DNA from: Lysobacterales bacterium
GTDB taxonomy: Bacteria; Pseudomonadota; Gammaproteobacteria; Xanthomonadales; SZUA-5
DNA: 64,000 nucleotides
Assembly: GCA_022844135.1 (NCBI GenBank)
Contig: JALHMG010000001.1
Coordinates: 31,021 to 95,020, forward strand
Direction of reading: 5' to 3'
Within the stretch, counting starts at the first letter, position 1. Each line of letters opens with the position of its first letter. Shown piece by piece: positions 37,601 to 45,491 of this stretch. Made by a program: the position numbers and the translations under genes. The notes beneath the pieces were generated by a model. The model was not told where the DNA came from and did not search any database. It saw nothing but the letters and a program-made list of their open reading frames with translations.

Positions 37601-38273
37601 TGCGCTCGAAAATCCTTTCCGCGTCGCGCGCCAACCACGGCTCCCCGTCGTCGGCGGCGAAATCCAGCTCGCCCTCGGGCAGGCCGGTGTTGTCGCGTGG
37701 CTCGAAGGTCTGCGTTGCTTCGTTGTAGCGCATCAATCCCGAGCCGATTTCATGCAGCCAGATGCCGTCGGCGCGCTCGCGCAATTCGCCGCCGCCGCCA
37801 CTGCGTTGCCGCCAGGTCCATTGGCCTCGATCGTGGGTGACGAAATACGTTTGCGACAGGAAGAAAGATCGTGTTCCATGCTGCGCGACGCGGCCGATCG
37901 GGCCGACGTCGGGCGCATCGGGCGGCCGCTCGAAAGCGTTGAAAGCCCAGACGCCTTTTTCGTCCGGCCGAACTTCGCCGAGCGCCACTGCCGTGGCAAC
38001 GATCAAGCGGTCGTTGCGGACCGACACATCGTAGGTGCGATCGCCGGGAATGGCGACATCCACAAAGCGGGTGCCGTCGAAGAAATTCAATCCCGGGGAC
38101 GTGGCGATCACCAGCACGCCATCGCTGCGTTGGCGCATGCGCCAGACTTGTCCGATTTCCCGGCCGTTGGCTGCCGTGTGCGCACTGATGATTGGCGGGC
38201 CTTCTTCCGGGTGCGGCGCCGCACCGGCGACGGTGGCGAATGCCAGAAGCGCGAGCAGCGTGCTAACTCGCAT
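34350..38273 (-). CDS. Hybrid sensor histidine kinase / receiver / AraC regulator with periplasmic beta-propeller and YYY-like domain
   Basis: Signal peptide, propeller repeats (DREGGVWL…), PFWFET TM helix, SHEFRTPLT, NLLGNSLKFT, DSGPGI, GTGIGL, receiver SDVMMPGMDG…KPF, C-terminal AraC HTH. Confidence 0.95.
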   Translation of the reverse strand: MRVSTLLALLAFATVAGAAPHPEEGPPIISAHTAANGREIGQVWRMRQRSDGVLVIATSPGLNFFDGTRFVDVAIPGDRTYDVSVRNDRLIVATAVALGEVRPDEKGVWAFNAFERPPDAPDVGPIGRVAQHGTRSFFLSQTYFVTHDRGQWTWRQRSGGGGELRERADGIWLHEIGSGLMRYNEATQTFEPRDNTGLPEGELDFAADDGEPWLARDAERIFERIDGAWRTVPLEESLRQRMVDERIESMARLPNGDIAIGTRFGGLYQLAPDGALRRHIALARLPGQRITDIMTDREGGVWLTLDGGIARLQQDNSLTRWGRSDGAMQIERLTRIDGVLYVAGRTGLMALRPSGDYSPAQLRPYRIDRASVWSLLKTRHGILAGVGNGLALLPPDENAAPVQILSGLRFTSLARHGDHIYGISGNSLRRFREGDAGIEVDPGSVALAPGFDLHADVSGDRLWLSGDGNVGVQSVEQLASWPRVRIRNFGAADGLTAGRITFARDDEGGATLIVAEGVFRLSGETLIRDPRFSGELRVMTDALDGQRWAADRYEVKSFRRQADGRYAVAARPLSLVWHPWRHLYRDDDGTLWLAEDRGLMRVAAPADVPALQSNVLLGSVADAVSGETLAGSSAARVDLPSTTRDVRVQAALAAFAENDAVAWSYRLDDGGAATLEKPEVQLPSLSAGTHQLVISAQSVRATRSIEPLILEIEVAPFWFETTAARAAALIAALIAITLLAWSYARWRTRKLEAERVRLERVIADRTLDIRTQAEEIRVLSEARTRFFAHVSHEFRTPLTLILGPLGDALNERFGALSAPLRSVLGSARENAKRLLKMVSELLDLSRLAAGRFELHVAEHDLAEQLRREIDAFMPRAAGKSITLRGEGLNDPLQLWFDQDQLERMVSNLLGNSLKFTPNGGRVTLRLVPTPTEVGIEVEDSGPGIPVEEQAKIFERFYQGGNAPSDAPGTGIGLALVRELIDLHQGRIELLSEPGQGACFVLWLKRGNQHFPPAALDSAAAFVTGVASDDAGLPTLSRPAAGVRPTVLVVDDHSELRRYLADRLGDNYSVMTASDGDEALERIGEALPDIVISDVMMPGMDGLQLAHALRRNPETHGVPLLLLSARSHKRDVVAGLEAGADDYLTKPFDTSELIARIEALLDARRRLRQSFLAAPEPPTPTTLQPPPPAASTEGPADDRFRQRLSDAVSKHLADPTFGVAELAHALHMDRATLFRRCKQTLEATPSEILREHRLQRAEALLRERRGSVSEVAYASGFDNLSYFSQVFRKRYGCAPSALLSETVSTRTP

Positions 38274-38515
38274 AGTTGATGTGGCCGCTACAAAAGGGGT
38301 TGATTTTGTGCGCAGTGCGCGGAAAGTTGCTCATCGGCTGAAACGACCAGGTATTCGCTGCCATTTGTCCGCTGGCGCGACCCTGGCTCGAGCTTCGCGC
38401 CGGCTTCTTCGGTATTCGTCGTCGCAATGGAACAAACATTCCTCCTGCTCCTCCCGCCTCGATTCCAGCATCAGACCCGAGGCGATCATCCGCGTTTCCT
38501 TATCGAATATGCGGG

Positions 38516-39349
38516 CTAGACCAGTTCAAGCCACTCTCCCTCCGGGCCCGCGAGAACCCGGGCGCTCGGATCGTCTGCGGCTCGCAGCGGCTGGTTTTGC
38601 GCATCGCTGCGAGCGATGCTGAGCATGCGAATCCCGGCTCGGAGACTGGCGTCGGCGGCGGGCAGCCAGGGCAGGGCATCGAATTCGAGCAGATGCTGGC
38701 CGCGAAGCTGCGCGCAAGCCACCGGATGGCGTTCGCTGCAATCGCGGCCGTGTGCGCGATTGAGTGCGCCCAAACGCGTGTCGAAACGCCATCGATCGAC
38801 CAGACCCAGGCCTTCGTAAAACGCCAGCGTGCGCTCGCGGTCGCCGCAACCGAGCACGCCGACGAATAGCTGATCCACCTCATGCAGCGCTTGCGGTAAG
38901 GCGAATGGCGGAACCGGGCGTTTCACTTGCGTCAAATACAGGACCTCGCCGTCTGGGCCCGCCACTTGCATCGCGCGAATCGCATCGGAAACGTCCAGAT
39001 TCGCCGGCGCACCCAGCACGCGAAAGTGCTTATCGGACAAACGCGCGGCCAGTGCATCCACATCGCGCACGCCCACCTCCAGCGCCAGCCAGCCGCGTCG
39101 CCCGAACGGCGTAGATTGGCTGGCGCCGGGCGCTTCGATCAGTTGCAGCCAGGCACAATCGGTCGCGCCCAGGCGCGCACAGCGTGCATCCGCCAGCGCC
39201 GCCTCGCCCATCGCCAGCGCGCGCGAGCGAGCGAGCGCGCCGCGCTCGACGAGCGGCAATCCCAAATGCGCGTAGGCGGCCAATGAGCGATCGAGATCGC
39301 GGCAGATCACGGTGGCGGAAACGATAGGTCCGAGGCGCATCTGATCCAT
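38516..39349 (-). CDS. VOC/glyoxalase-family protein (two domains)
   Basis: ATV.CRDLDRSLAAY…GL, GWLALEVGV.DVD, GPDGEVLYL, GPEGEWLELV. Start uncertain by a few codons. Confidence 0.75.
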   Translation of the reverse strand: MDQMRLGPIVSATVICRDLDRSLAAYAHLGLPLVERGALARSRALAMGEAALADARCARLGATDCAWLQLIEAPGASQSTPFGRRGWLALEVGVRDVDALAARLSDKHFRVLGAPANLDVSDAIRAMQVAGPDGEVLYLTQVKRPVPPFALPQALHEVDQLFVGVLGCGDRERTLAFYEGLGLVDRWRFDTRLGALNRAHGRDCSERHPVACAQLRGQHLLEFDALPWLPAADASLRAGIRMLSIARSDAQNQPLRAADDPSARVLAGPEGEWLELV

Positions 39350-39595
39350 CCGGTGCACAGAAAACGCCTAACTCTATCAAGCAACAACAACACTCGCGCT
39401 TTGTCGAGTAGCGAAGGATCTGTCTTTCGCGCGCTGACTGACCACGAGATACTGACTGCGCACGTTCCGTGACCTGGTACTTTGCATCGAATTGTTGATC
39501 AAACGGCGTATCGACGTGACTTTTCTTTCGCACGCTTGCGCCTGTCTACAGGGCTCGCGTATGGTCCGTTCACCGCGTGAACACATGGTCTTACG

Positions 39596-40099
39596 TTGCA
39601 GTCCTGGTTTGCCGTGATGACCAAACCTCGGCAGGAAGCCGAGGCACAGATTTGCTTGATGCGCCAAGGCTTTAGATGCCTGTTCCCGCGCGTTCGGCGC
39701 CGCGTCCGCGCTGCCTCAGGCATGATCGTGCGCACCGAATCGCTCTTCCCGCGCTACATCTTCCTCGCCTCCGACCCCGACCTGCAGTCGCTTGAACCGG
39801 TGCGCTCAACACGCGGCGTGTCAGGGATCGTACGTTTTGGCGGTTGGCCGGCAATGGTGCCGCAGGCGGTGATCGATGCCATCGTCTCGCGTATCGACGC
39901 AGACGACGGTTTCGTGAAACTGGTTGCGCCGGATCTGGTTCCCGGCGCGCGTGTGCGTATCAACGAGGGCCCGTTCAGTGGGCTGGACGCCATCTTCCAA
40001 TGCGCCGTGGGGACCGATCGGGTGGCACTGCTGCTCAATATGCTCGGTCAGGACCGACGCGTGGTAGTCGAACGCCAGGCACTCGGACAAAGAATCTAA
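39596..40099 (+). CDS. rfaH: Transcription antiterminator RfaH (NusG family)
   Basis: WFAVMTKPRQE, LFPRYIF, VRSTRGV..IVRFG, KOW-like VRINEGPFSGL…RV.LLLN.LG. TTG start. Confidence 0.9.
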   Translation: MQSWFAVMTKPRQEAEAQICLMRQGFRCLFPRVRRRVRAASGMIVRTESLFPRYIFLASDPDLQSLEPVRSTRGVSGIVRFGGWPAMVPQAVIDAIVSRIDADDGFVKLVAPDLVPGARVRINEGPFSGLDAIFQCAVGTDRVALLLNMLGQDRRVVVERQALGQRI

Positions 40100-40245
40100 C
40101 AGGCTGTTGAGAAACAGCCTGCTAGCGCGAACCAGGATGGTTCGCGCATGGATCAAGTATGTAAGTGCTTGATCAATGGTGTGCGAGTCCGGACATGCGC
40201 TGGACTCGCGACTTGAGAAACGCACATGAAGTGCGCTTTTCGACA
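40096..40245. repeat. Array of short inverted repeats (MITE-like or structured RNA)
   Basis: Stems at 40100-40121 (9 bp, GAGA loop, flanked by CTAA/CTAG), 40125-40147 (10 bp), 40151-40174 (7 bp), 40183-40209 (8 bp), plus a weaker one to ~40240. Confidence 0.6.
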
Positions 40246-40292
40246 TCGAGCTAAGTTCTCGGCAATTGCCTTGAATCGGTGCAATTCGAGCC

Positions 40293-40323
40293 TTACGGAG
40301 CTACACCGTAGGGCGGCAGCCTG
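40293..40323 (+). promoter_or_regulatory. JUMPStart-like element with ops variant
   Basis: TACGG-AGCTACA-CCGTA hairpin followed by GGCGGCAGCCTG (40312-40323), one mismatch to ops GGCGGTAGnnTG, 45 nt before the operon's first gene. Confidence 0.75.
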
Positions 40324-40368
40324 TGCAAACAGCTCCCTTCCGATCTTCGAGCTGACTCCGCCAAACTC

Positions 40369-40728
40369 ATGTCCAGCGTCCTCGACGACGACACGCGCTA
40401 TCGCTTGCTGCGGCTCCTGACCGAGCAACCGGCATTGTCGCAGCGCGAACTGGCGAGCGAGCTGGGTCTATCGCTGGGCAAGACGCACTACTGCCTGCGC
40501 GCGCTGATCGAGCGCGGTTGGGTCAAAGCGCAAAACTTCCGCAACAGCCAGAACAAACTGGCGTATGCGTATGTGTTGACGCCCGCCGGGGCGGTGGCAA
40601 AGGTCCGCACCACCATCGAGTTCTTACGCCGCAAGCAGTTGGCGTTCGATCAGTTGGCGCAAGAGATCGAGCGGCTTCGCGCGGAGGTCGATGGCGCGCG
40701 CGGGACTGATCCGGACGCGTTTCGTTGA
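40369..40728 (+). CDS. MarR-family EPS-associated transcriptional regulator
   Basis: SQRELASELGLSLGKTHYCLRALIERGWVKAQNFRNSQNKLAYAYVLTP.G. Confidence 0.92.
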   Translation: MSSVLDDDTRYRLLRLLTEQPALSQRELASELGLSLGKTHYCLRALIERGWVKAQNFRNSQNKLAYAYVLTPAGAVAKVRTTIEFLRRKQLAFDQLAQEIERLRAEVDGARGTDPDAFR

Positions 40729-42374
40729 GCGGCGTTCGGGTCGGCGAGTTGTCGCGGCGATTCCTTGCTTTCGTCGGCGCGCGCAAGCATTACCAGGTGC
40801 TGGCGTTGACCCTCGCGGCGGTCAGCATGGAAGCCATCGGCATCGGCATGGCCCTGCCTCTGCTGCAATCGATGGATCGCCCGGCTGCCGAGCAGATGCT
40901 ATGGCTGGCAGCGATCACGGCACTGGTTTGCGCCAAGGCCGGCTTGGCGTATCTGGCTTTCGAGCGTCTGGGCGCGTTGCGCGCGCAGCTGGGCCTGACT
41001 TTGCAGGACCGCCTGCAAACCGCGCTGACGCAAACCGAATTCGCGCAGTACCTCAGCGATGGCAACGCGCGCTGGCAGCATGCATTCGAACAAGTGCCGT
41101 ATGCAGTGGGCGCTTATCAGAGTTTCTGCGGGTTGCACGTGAGCTTGATTCACGCCGGCGTGTATTTGCTGGCGGCGTGTTGGGTGAGTCCCATGTTTGG
41201 CGTGGCGGCGCTGCTGCTAGCAGCGTGCATTTATCTGGGCTTTCGCGCGCTGCACCGGAACACCGAAATCCAGGCGCAAAGCCTCATGGCGCAGCAAGTG
41301 CACCTGACCGCGTTGGGATTGCAATGGCTGCGCGGCATGCGCTACCTGCGCGCTACGGGTTCGGTCGATGTCATGGCCGAAGAGCGCCGCGACGTTGCGC
41401 GGGAGGTGGCGGCTGGGGAAAGCAGACTCGCCCGTCAGTTGGCCGTCAGCCTGTCATTGCGCGAGCCGATCGCATTGGTGGCGCTGTTGGCATTGGTTGC
41501 GATCGCGCTTGCGACCGGGCAAGCCACGCTCGCAGCAGTGCTGGTGGCACTGGTGCTGTTTTATCGCGCTGCCAATGCCTTGCTGGCGGTGCAGCAGAGC
41601 TGGCACGGTTTGCTCTCGCAGGTGCCAGCGCTGGATGCGATCGATGCACAGACGACGCGGCGCGCCTCGATCCAGGCAGGGCGGCGGTTGCCCAACGGTT
41701 TCGACATGACGCTGCGAGGCGTGAGTTTCGCGCATGGCGAGTCGCAGCCGCTATTGAATTCAGTAGACTGGCATTTGCCGACCGGGCGCTGGCTCGGACT
41801 GAGTGGCGAATCGGGGATCGGAAAATCGACGCTTTTCGACGTGCTGCTGGGCCTCCAGGCGCCGCAATCCGGGCGCGTTGAGATCGGCGGCGTGGCGCTC
41901 GACGACCTTGATCCTGAGCGTTGGCGTTCGAGCGTCGGATTGGTTCCGCAAGAGCCATGGATCAAAGCCGATACCGTGGAGCGCAACATCGCGTTGCGCG
42001 CCATTGGCGATGCCGGCTTGCATCAGCTTCGACTGGCAAAAGCCTGCCGCGTTACCGATCTGGCCGCAACGTTAGCAGCGCTACCGGCAGGTTTGGCCAC
42101 GCGCATCGGCGAGGGAGGGGTGGAACTCTCCGGCGGTGAGCGGCAGCGAGTCGCACTGGCGCGAGAGTTGTACCGACAGCCAAAGTTGTTGTTGCTCGAT
42201 GAGGCTACCAGCGCATTGGATGAGGACAGCGAGGGGCGCATTTTGACCGCGCTGCGCGCCGAGCAGGGCGATATGTGCGTGGTTCACGCCTCGCATCGGC
42301 CCCGGCCGTTGGCGCTCGCGGATGAAGTCTGGCGTCTTGCGAACGGCACACTGACTTTGGAGTCGACACGATAA
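40725..42374 (+). CDS. ABC transporter permease/ATP-binding protein (MsbA/PglK-like)
   Basis: N-terminal TM segments; GESGIGKST, LSGGERQR, LLLLDEATSALD. Confidence 0.88.
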   Translation: MSGVRVGELSRRFLAFVGARKHYQVLALTLAAVSMEAIGIGMALPLLQSMDRPAAEQMLWLAAITALVCAKAGLAYLAFERLGALRAQLGLTLQDRLQTALTQTEFAQYLSDGNARWQHAFEQVPYAVGAYQSFCGLHVSLIHAGVYLLAACWVSPMFGVAALLLAACIYLGFRALHRNTEIQAQSLMAQQVHLTALGLQWLRGMRYLRATGSVDVMAEERRDVAREVAAGESRLARQLAVSLSLREPIALVALLALVAIALATGQATLAAVLVALVLFYRAANALLAVQQSWHGLLSQVPALDAIDAQTTRRASIQAGRRLPNGFDMTLRGVSFAHGESQPLLNSVDWHLPTGRWLGLSGESGIGKSTLFDVLLGLQAPQSGRVEIGGVALDDLDPERWRSSVGLVPQEPWIKADTVERNIALRAIGDAGLHQLRLAKACRVTDLAATLAALPAGLATRIGEGGVELSGGERQRVALARELYRQPKLLLLDEATSALDEDSEGRILTALRAEQGDMCVVHASHRPRPLALADEVWRLANGTLTLESTR

Positions 42375-43645
42375 TGGAAACGAAAGACGCGGTTGTTGCC
42401 GTGATTGGCCTGGGTTACGTCGGCTTGCCGCTGGCGCTCGCATTTGGCGCCCGCCGCGCGACCATCGGCTTCGACATCGATGCCAGCCGGATCGCCGAGT
42501 TGGAGCTATGCATCGATCGCACCGGCGAGTACGCGGAAAACGAGCTGCGCGCCGCAACAGAACTTGCACTTGCCTACGACGCCAAGGATTTGCGTGCAGC
42601 GACGGTGTTCATCATTGCCGTTCCCACGCCGGTCAATCAACACAAATGGCCGGACTTGACGCCCCTGATTTCGGCGTCGGAAACCGTCGCCTCCGTGCTC
42701 AAGCGTGGCGATGTGGTGATTTTCGAGTCCACCGTGTATCCAGGCGCGACCGAAGAGGTTTGCGTTCCAGTGCTGGAGAAGCACTCCAGGCTCAAGTTTC
42801 GCAAGGACTTCGAAGTCGGCTACAGCCCCGAGCGCATCAATCCGGGCGATCGCACCCGACGCTTGCCGGACATCGTCAAAGTCACGTCAGGTTCCAGCCC
42901 CGAGACGGCGCAATTCGTCGATGCGTTGTATCGCGAAATCGTGCCCGCGGGCACGCACCTGGCGCCAAGCATTCGCGTCGCCGAAGCCGCCAAGGCCATT
43001 GAAAACACACAACGCGACGTCAACATCGCACTCGTCAACGAGTTCGCCCAACTGTTTTCGAAGTTGGGCATCGACACCGAAGCCGTGCTTCGTGCCGCTG
43101 GTACAAAATGGAATTTCCTGAAGTTCTGGCCGGGGTTGGTCGGCGGCCATTGCATCGGCGTCGACCCGTATTATCTGGTGCACAAGGCGCAAGAGGTCGG
43201 TTACCACCCGGAACTGATCCTTGCCGCGCGCCGGATCAACGAAGGCATGAGCGCTCACGTCACGAGCGAAGTGCTCAAGCTCATGGCGCAACGCCGCATC
43301 AACATCGTCGGATCGCGCATCCTGATTCTCGGATTGACCTTTAAGGAAAACTGCGCAGATTTGCGCAACACGCGTGTGGTCGACATCGTTCGTGCGCTCG
43401 AGAGTTACCATGCCAACGTGGACGTGCACGATCCCTGGGTGAACGCCGAAGAGGTCAGGCGTGAGTACGGGATCGCATTGACTGAGGCACCTGCGGCCGG
43501 GGACTATGACCTTGTGCTGCTGACCGTAGCCCATCACCAGTTCGTGGATTTGCAGTCCAATGTACGCAGTTTTCTCAAGCCGGGTGGACTGGTTTTCGAT
43601 GTCAAGTACGCGCTTCCAACGGGTTCGGTCGACGGGAGGCTTTGA
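42374..43645 (+). CDS. Nucleotide-sugar dehydrogenase (WbpO/TviB-like UDP-HexNAc 6-dehydrogenase)
   Basis: IGLGYVGLP, ESTVYPG, YSPERINPG, KAIENTQRDVNIA, PGLVGGHCIGVDPYY, GLTFKENC.D.RN. Confidence 0.92.
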   Translation: METKDAVVAVIGLGYVGLPLALAFGARRATIGFDIDASRIAELELCIDRTGEYAENELRAATELALAYDAKDLRAATVFIIAVPTPVNQHKWPDLTPLISASETVASVLKRGDVVIFESTVYPGATEEVCVPVLEKHSRLKFRKDFEVGYSPERINPGDRTRRLPDIVKVTSGSSPETAQFVDALYREIVPAGTHLAPSIRVAEAAKAIENTQRDVNIALVNEFAQLFSKLGIDTEAVLRAAGTKWNFLKFWPGLVGGHCIGVDPYYLVHKAQEVGYHPELILAARRINEGMSAHVTSEVLKLMAQRRINIVGSRILILGLTFKENCADLRNTRVVDIVRALESYHANVDVHDPWVNAEEVRREYGIALTEAPAAGDYDLVLLTVAHHQFVDLQSNVRSFLKPGGLVFDVKYALPTGSVDGRL

Positions 43646-43650
43646 GCGCG

Positions 43651-44658
43651 ATGAAAGTTCTGGTCACGGGCACCGCAGGCTTCATCGGCTACCACGTCGC
43701 TGAGGTGCTGCTGGCGCGAGGCGATCGAGTGGTCGGCATCGACAACTTGAACGACTACTATGACGTGGGGCTGAAACGAGCGCGCCATCAGCGGCTCGCG
43801 CAGCACGACGGATTTACGCCGGTGATTGCCGATCTGGCCGATCGCAATGCCGTCGAACAGGTCTTCGCCACGCATCGCCCGCAGCGCGTGATCAATCTCG
43901 CCGCCCAAGCGGGCGTGCGTTACGCTGCGCAAAACCCGCACGTGTATATCCAGAGCAACGTCGTAGGCTTTCTGCATCTCCTTGAAGGTTGTCGCCATCA
44001 TGGTGTCGAACATCTGGTGTACGCCTCCACGAGCTCTGTTTACGGCGCCAACACCTCGATGCCGTTTTCCGAGCATCAGCCCACCGAACATCCCTTGACG
44101 CTGTATGCCGCCAGCAAGAAGTCGAATGAGTTGATGGCGCATAGCTACGCGCATCTGTATGGCCTGCCTTGCACGGGGCTGCGCTTTTTCACCGTGTACG
44201 GTCCTTGGGGCCGTCCGGACATGGCCTTGTTCCTGTTCACGCGAGCGATCCTCGCGGGCGAGCCGTTAAAGCTGTTCAACCACGGCCGGCATCGTCGCAG
44301 CTTCACCTATGTGGACGACATCGTTGCCGGAATCGTCCGCGCGCTGGATTGCCCGGCGGGCGGAAACCCGGATTGGAACGGCGCAAGACCCGATCCAGCC
44401 ACCAGCGCCGCTCCGTATCGCATCTTCAATATCGGCAGCCGCGAGAGCGTGGAACTGACGCGCTACATCGAGGTGCTGGAAGACTGCCTGGGCCGCAAAG
44501 CCACGTTCGATTTGCTGCCGCTGCAGGCTGGCGATGTGCCCGACAGCCACGCCGACTGCACCGATCTGGCGGAGCTACGCGGTTACGAGCCGCGAGTAAC
44601 GGTAGAGCAGGGCGTGCCGCGCTTTGTGGAGTGGTATCGGACGTATTACCGGTGTTGA
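43651..44658 (+). CDS. NAD-dependent epimerase (UDP-glucuronate 4-epimerase-like)
   Basis: VTGTAGFIG, NLAAQAGVRY, YAASKK, LRFFTVYGPWGRPDMA. Confidence 0.92.
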   Translation: MKVLVTGTAGFIGYHVAEVLLARGDRVVGIDNLNDYYDVGLKRARHQRLAQHDGFTPVIADLADRNAVEQVFATHRPQRVINLAAQAGVRYAAQNPHVYIQSNVVGFLHLLEGCRHHGVEHLVYASTSSVYGANTSMPFSEHQPTEHPLTLYAASKKSNELMAHSYAHLYGLPCTGLRFFTVYGPWGRPDMALFLFTRAILAGEPLKLFNHGRHRRSFTYVDDIVAGIVRALDCPAGGNPDWNGARPDPATSAAPYRIFNIGSRESVELTRYIEVLEDCLGRKATFDLLPLQAGDVPDSHADCTDLAELRGYEPRVTVEQGVPRFVEWYRTYYRC

Positions 44659-44717
44659 GCCGCCGACGCCAACAAACACCGCGTTCGCACACAGCAAAAC
44701 TGAACTGCGAATGCCGG

Positions 44718-45170
44718 TCAATCGATCAGTTCTACCCAACGCTTCCGTTCTTCTTCACCCGGCAGCAATTGCGCAACGCCGCCATCCAACGTCGCCAGTC
44801 TGCAATTGTGATGCATCGCCAACAACAACAGGTACAGATCTGTTACCTGCGAGTGTCCAAGCAATTGTTTGCTCGAGAAGAGTGCGGCGCTAGTGACCGG
44901 CGGCAGATCCGACAGGAATCGATGACCGGGCAGGGCCACGAATTGGGTCAGAAGCTCCACGGCCGCGCGGGGGGTTACGCCTGCGACCGTAATTCGTGGA
45001 TTGGCCGAAATTCGGACAAACCCAAGTTGCGTTATCGCGCAACTGGCCCATGCGCCCACGTGCTGGAACCAGTTGTGGGCGCGGCGATGGTGCAGATGCT
45101 GCGGCCAGGCCAGGGCCAGCAATACATTGATATCAAGGAGTGGAACTTCCGTTCGGCCACCAGTCACCAC
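44718..45170 (-). CDS. vapC: PIN-domain toxin (VapC-like)
   Basis: LLDINVLLAL, ITQLGFVR, QVTD.YLL.LA, LAT.D. Confidence 0.88.
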   Translation of the reverse strand: MVTGGRTEVPLLDINVLLALAWPQHLHHRRAHNWFQHVGAWASCAITQLGFVRISANPRITVAGVTPRAAVELLTQFVALPGHRFLSDLPPVTSAALFSSKQLLGHSQVTDLYLLLLAMHHNCRLATLDGGVAQLLPGEEERKRWVELID

Positions 45171-45388
45171 TCGCTATCCTCCCTGCGAATATCTTCGAGC
45201 GAGAATGGCTTACTGTTGGCCGGCACATCGAAGACTGGTACCCCCGAGACCCGCGTAATCGGTGGCGGCGACTCCAGCCCGCGGCGGGCAAGTTCGCAAA
45301 TGACTTCGCTAACGGTTCGTGCATTGGCTGCGGCGAGGCGCTTGGCCGCCTCTAGGAGATCGGGGTCGACGTTGAGAGTGGTGCGCAT
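45164..45388 (-). CDS. vapB: RHH antitoxin (VapB-like)
   Basis: MRTTLNVDPDLLEAAK…SEVICELARRGL; GGAGG RBS; overlaps the toxin start. Confidence 0.85.
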   Translation of the reverse strand: MRTTLNVDPDLLEAAKRLAAANARTVSEVICELARRGLESPPPITRVSGVPVFDVPANSKPFSLEDIRREDSEW

Positions 45389-45401
45389 GGCGAGCCTCCG
45401 T

Positions 45402-45417
45402 TGATGCGTGTGCATCA
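45402..45417. promoter_or_regulatory. Palindrome upstream of vapB (likely autoregulatory operator)
   Basis: TGATGC-GTGT-GCATCA, 14 nt upstream of the vapB ATG. Confidence 0.55.
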
Positions 45418-45453
45418 TTGCATCTTAGCATCTGTCTTCGGTATCGCAACAAA

Positions 45454-45491
45454 CCTTGCAAAATCTACATCGATAGTCCAGATTTGCAAGG
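45454..45491. promoter_or_regulatory. Inverted repeat abutting the AAA-DUF4143 start codon
   Basis: CCTTGCAAAATCT-N13-AGATTTGCAAGG (one bulge). The right arm contains the AAGG RBS. Confidence 0.55.
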
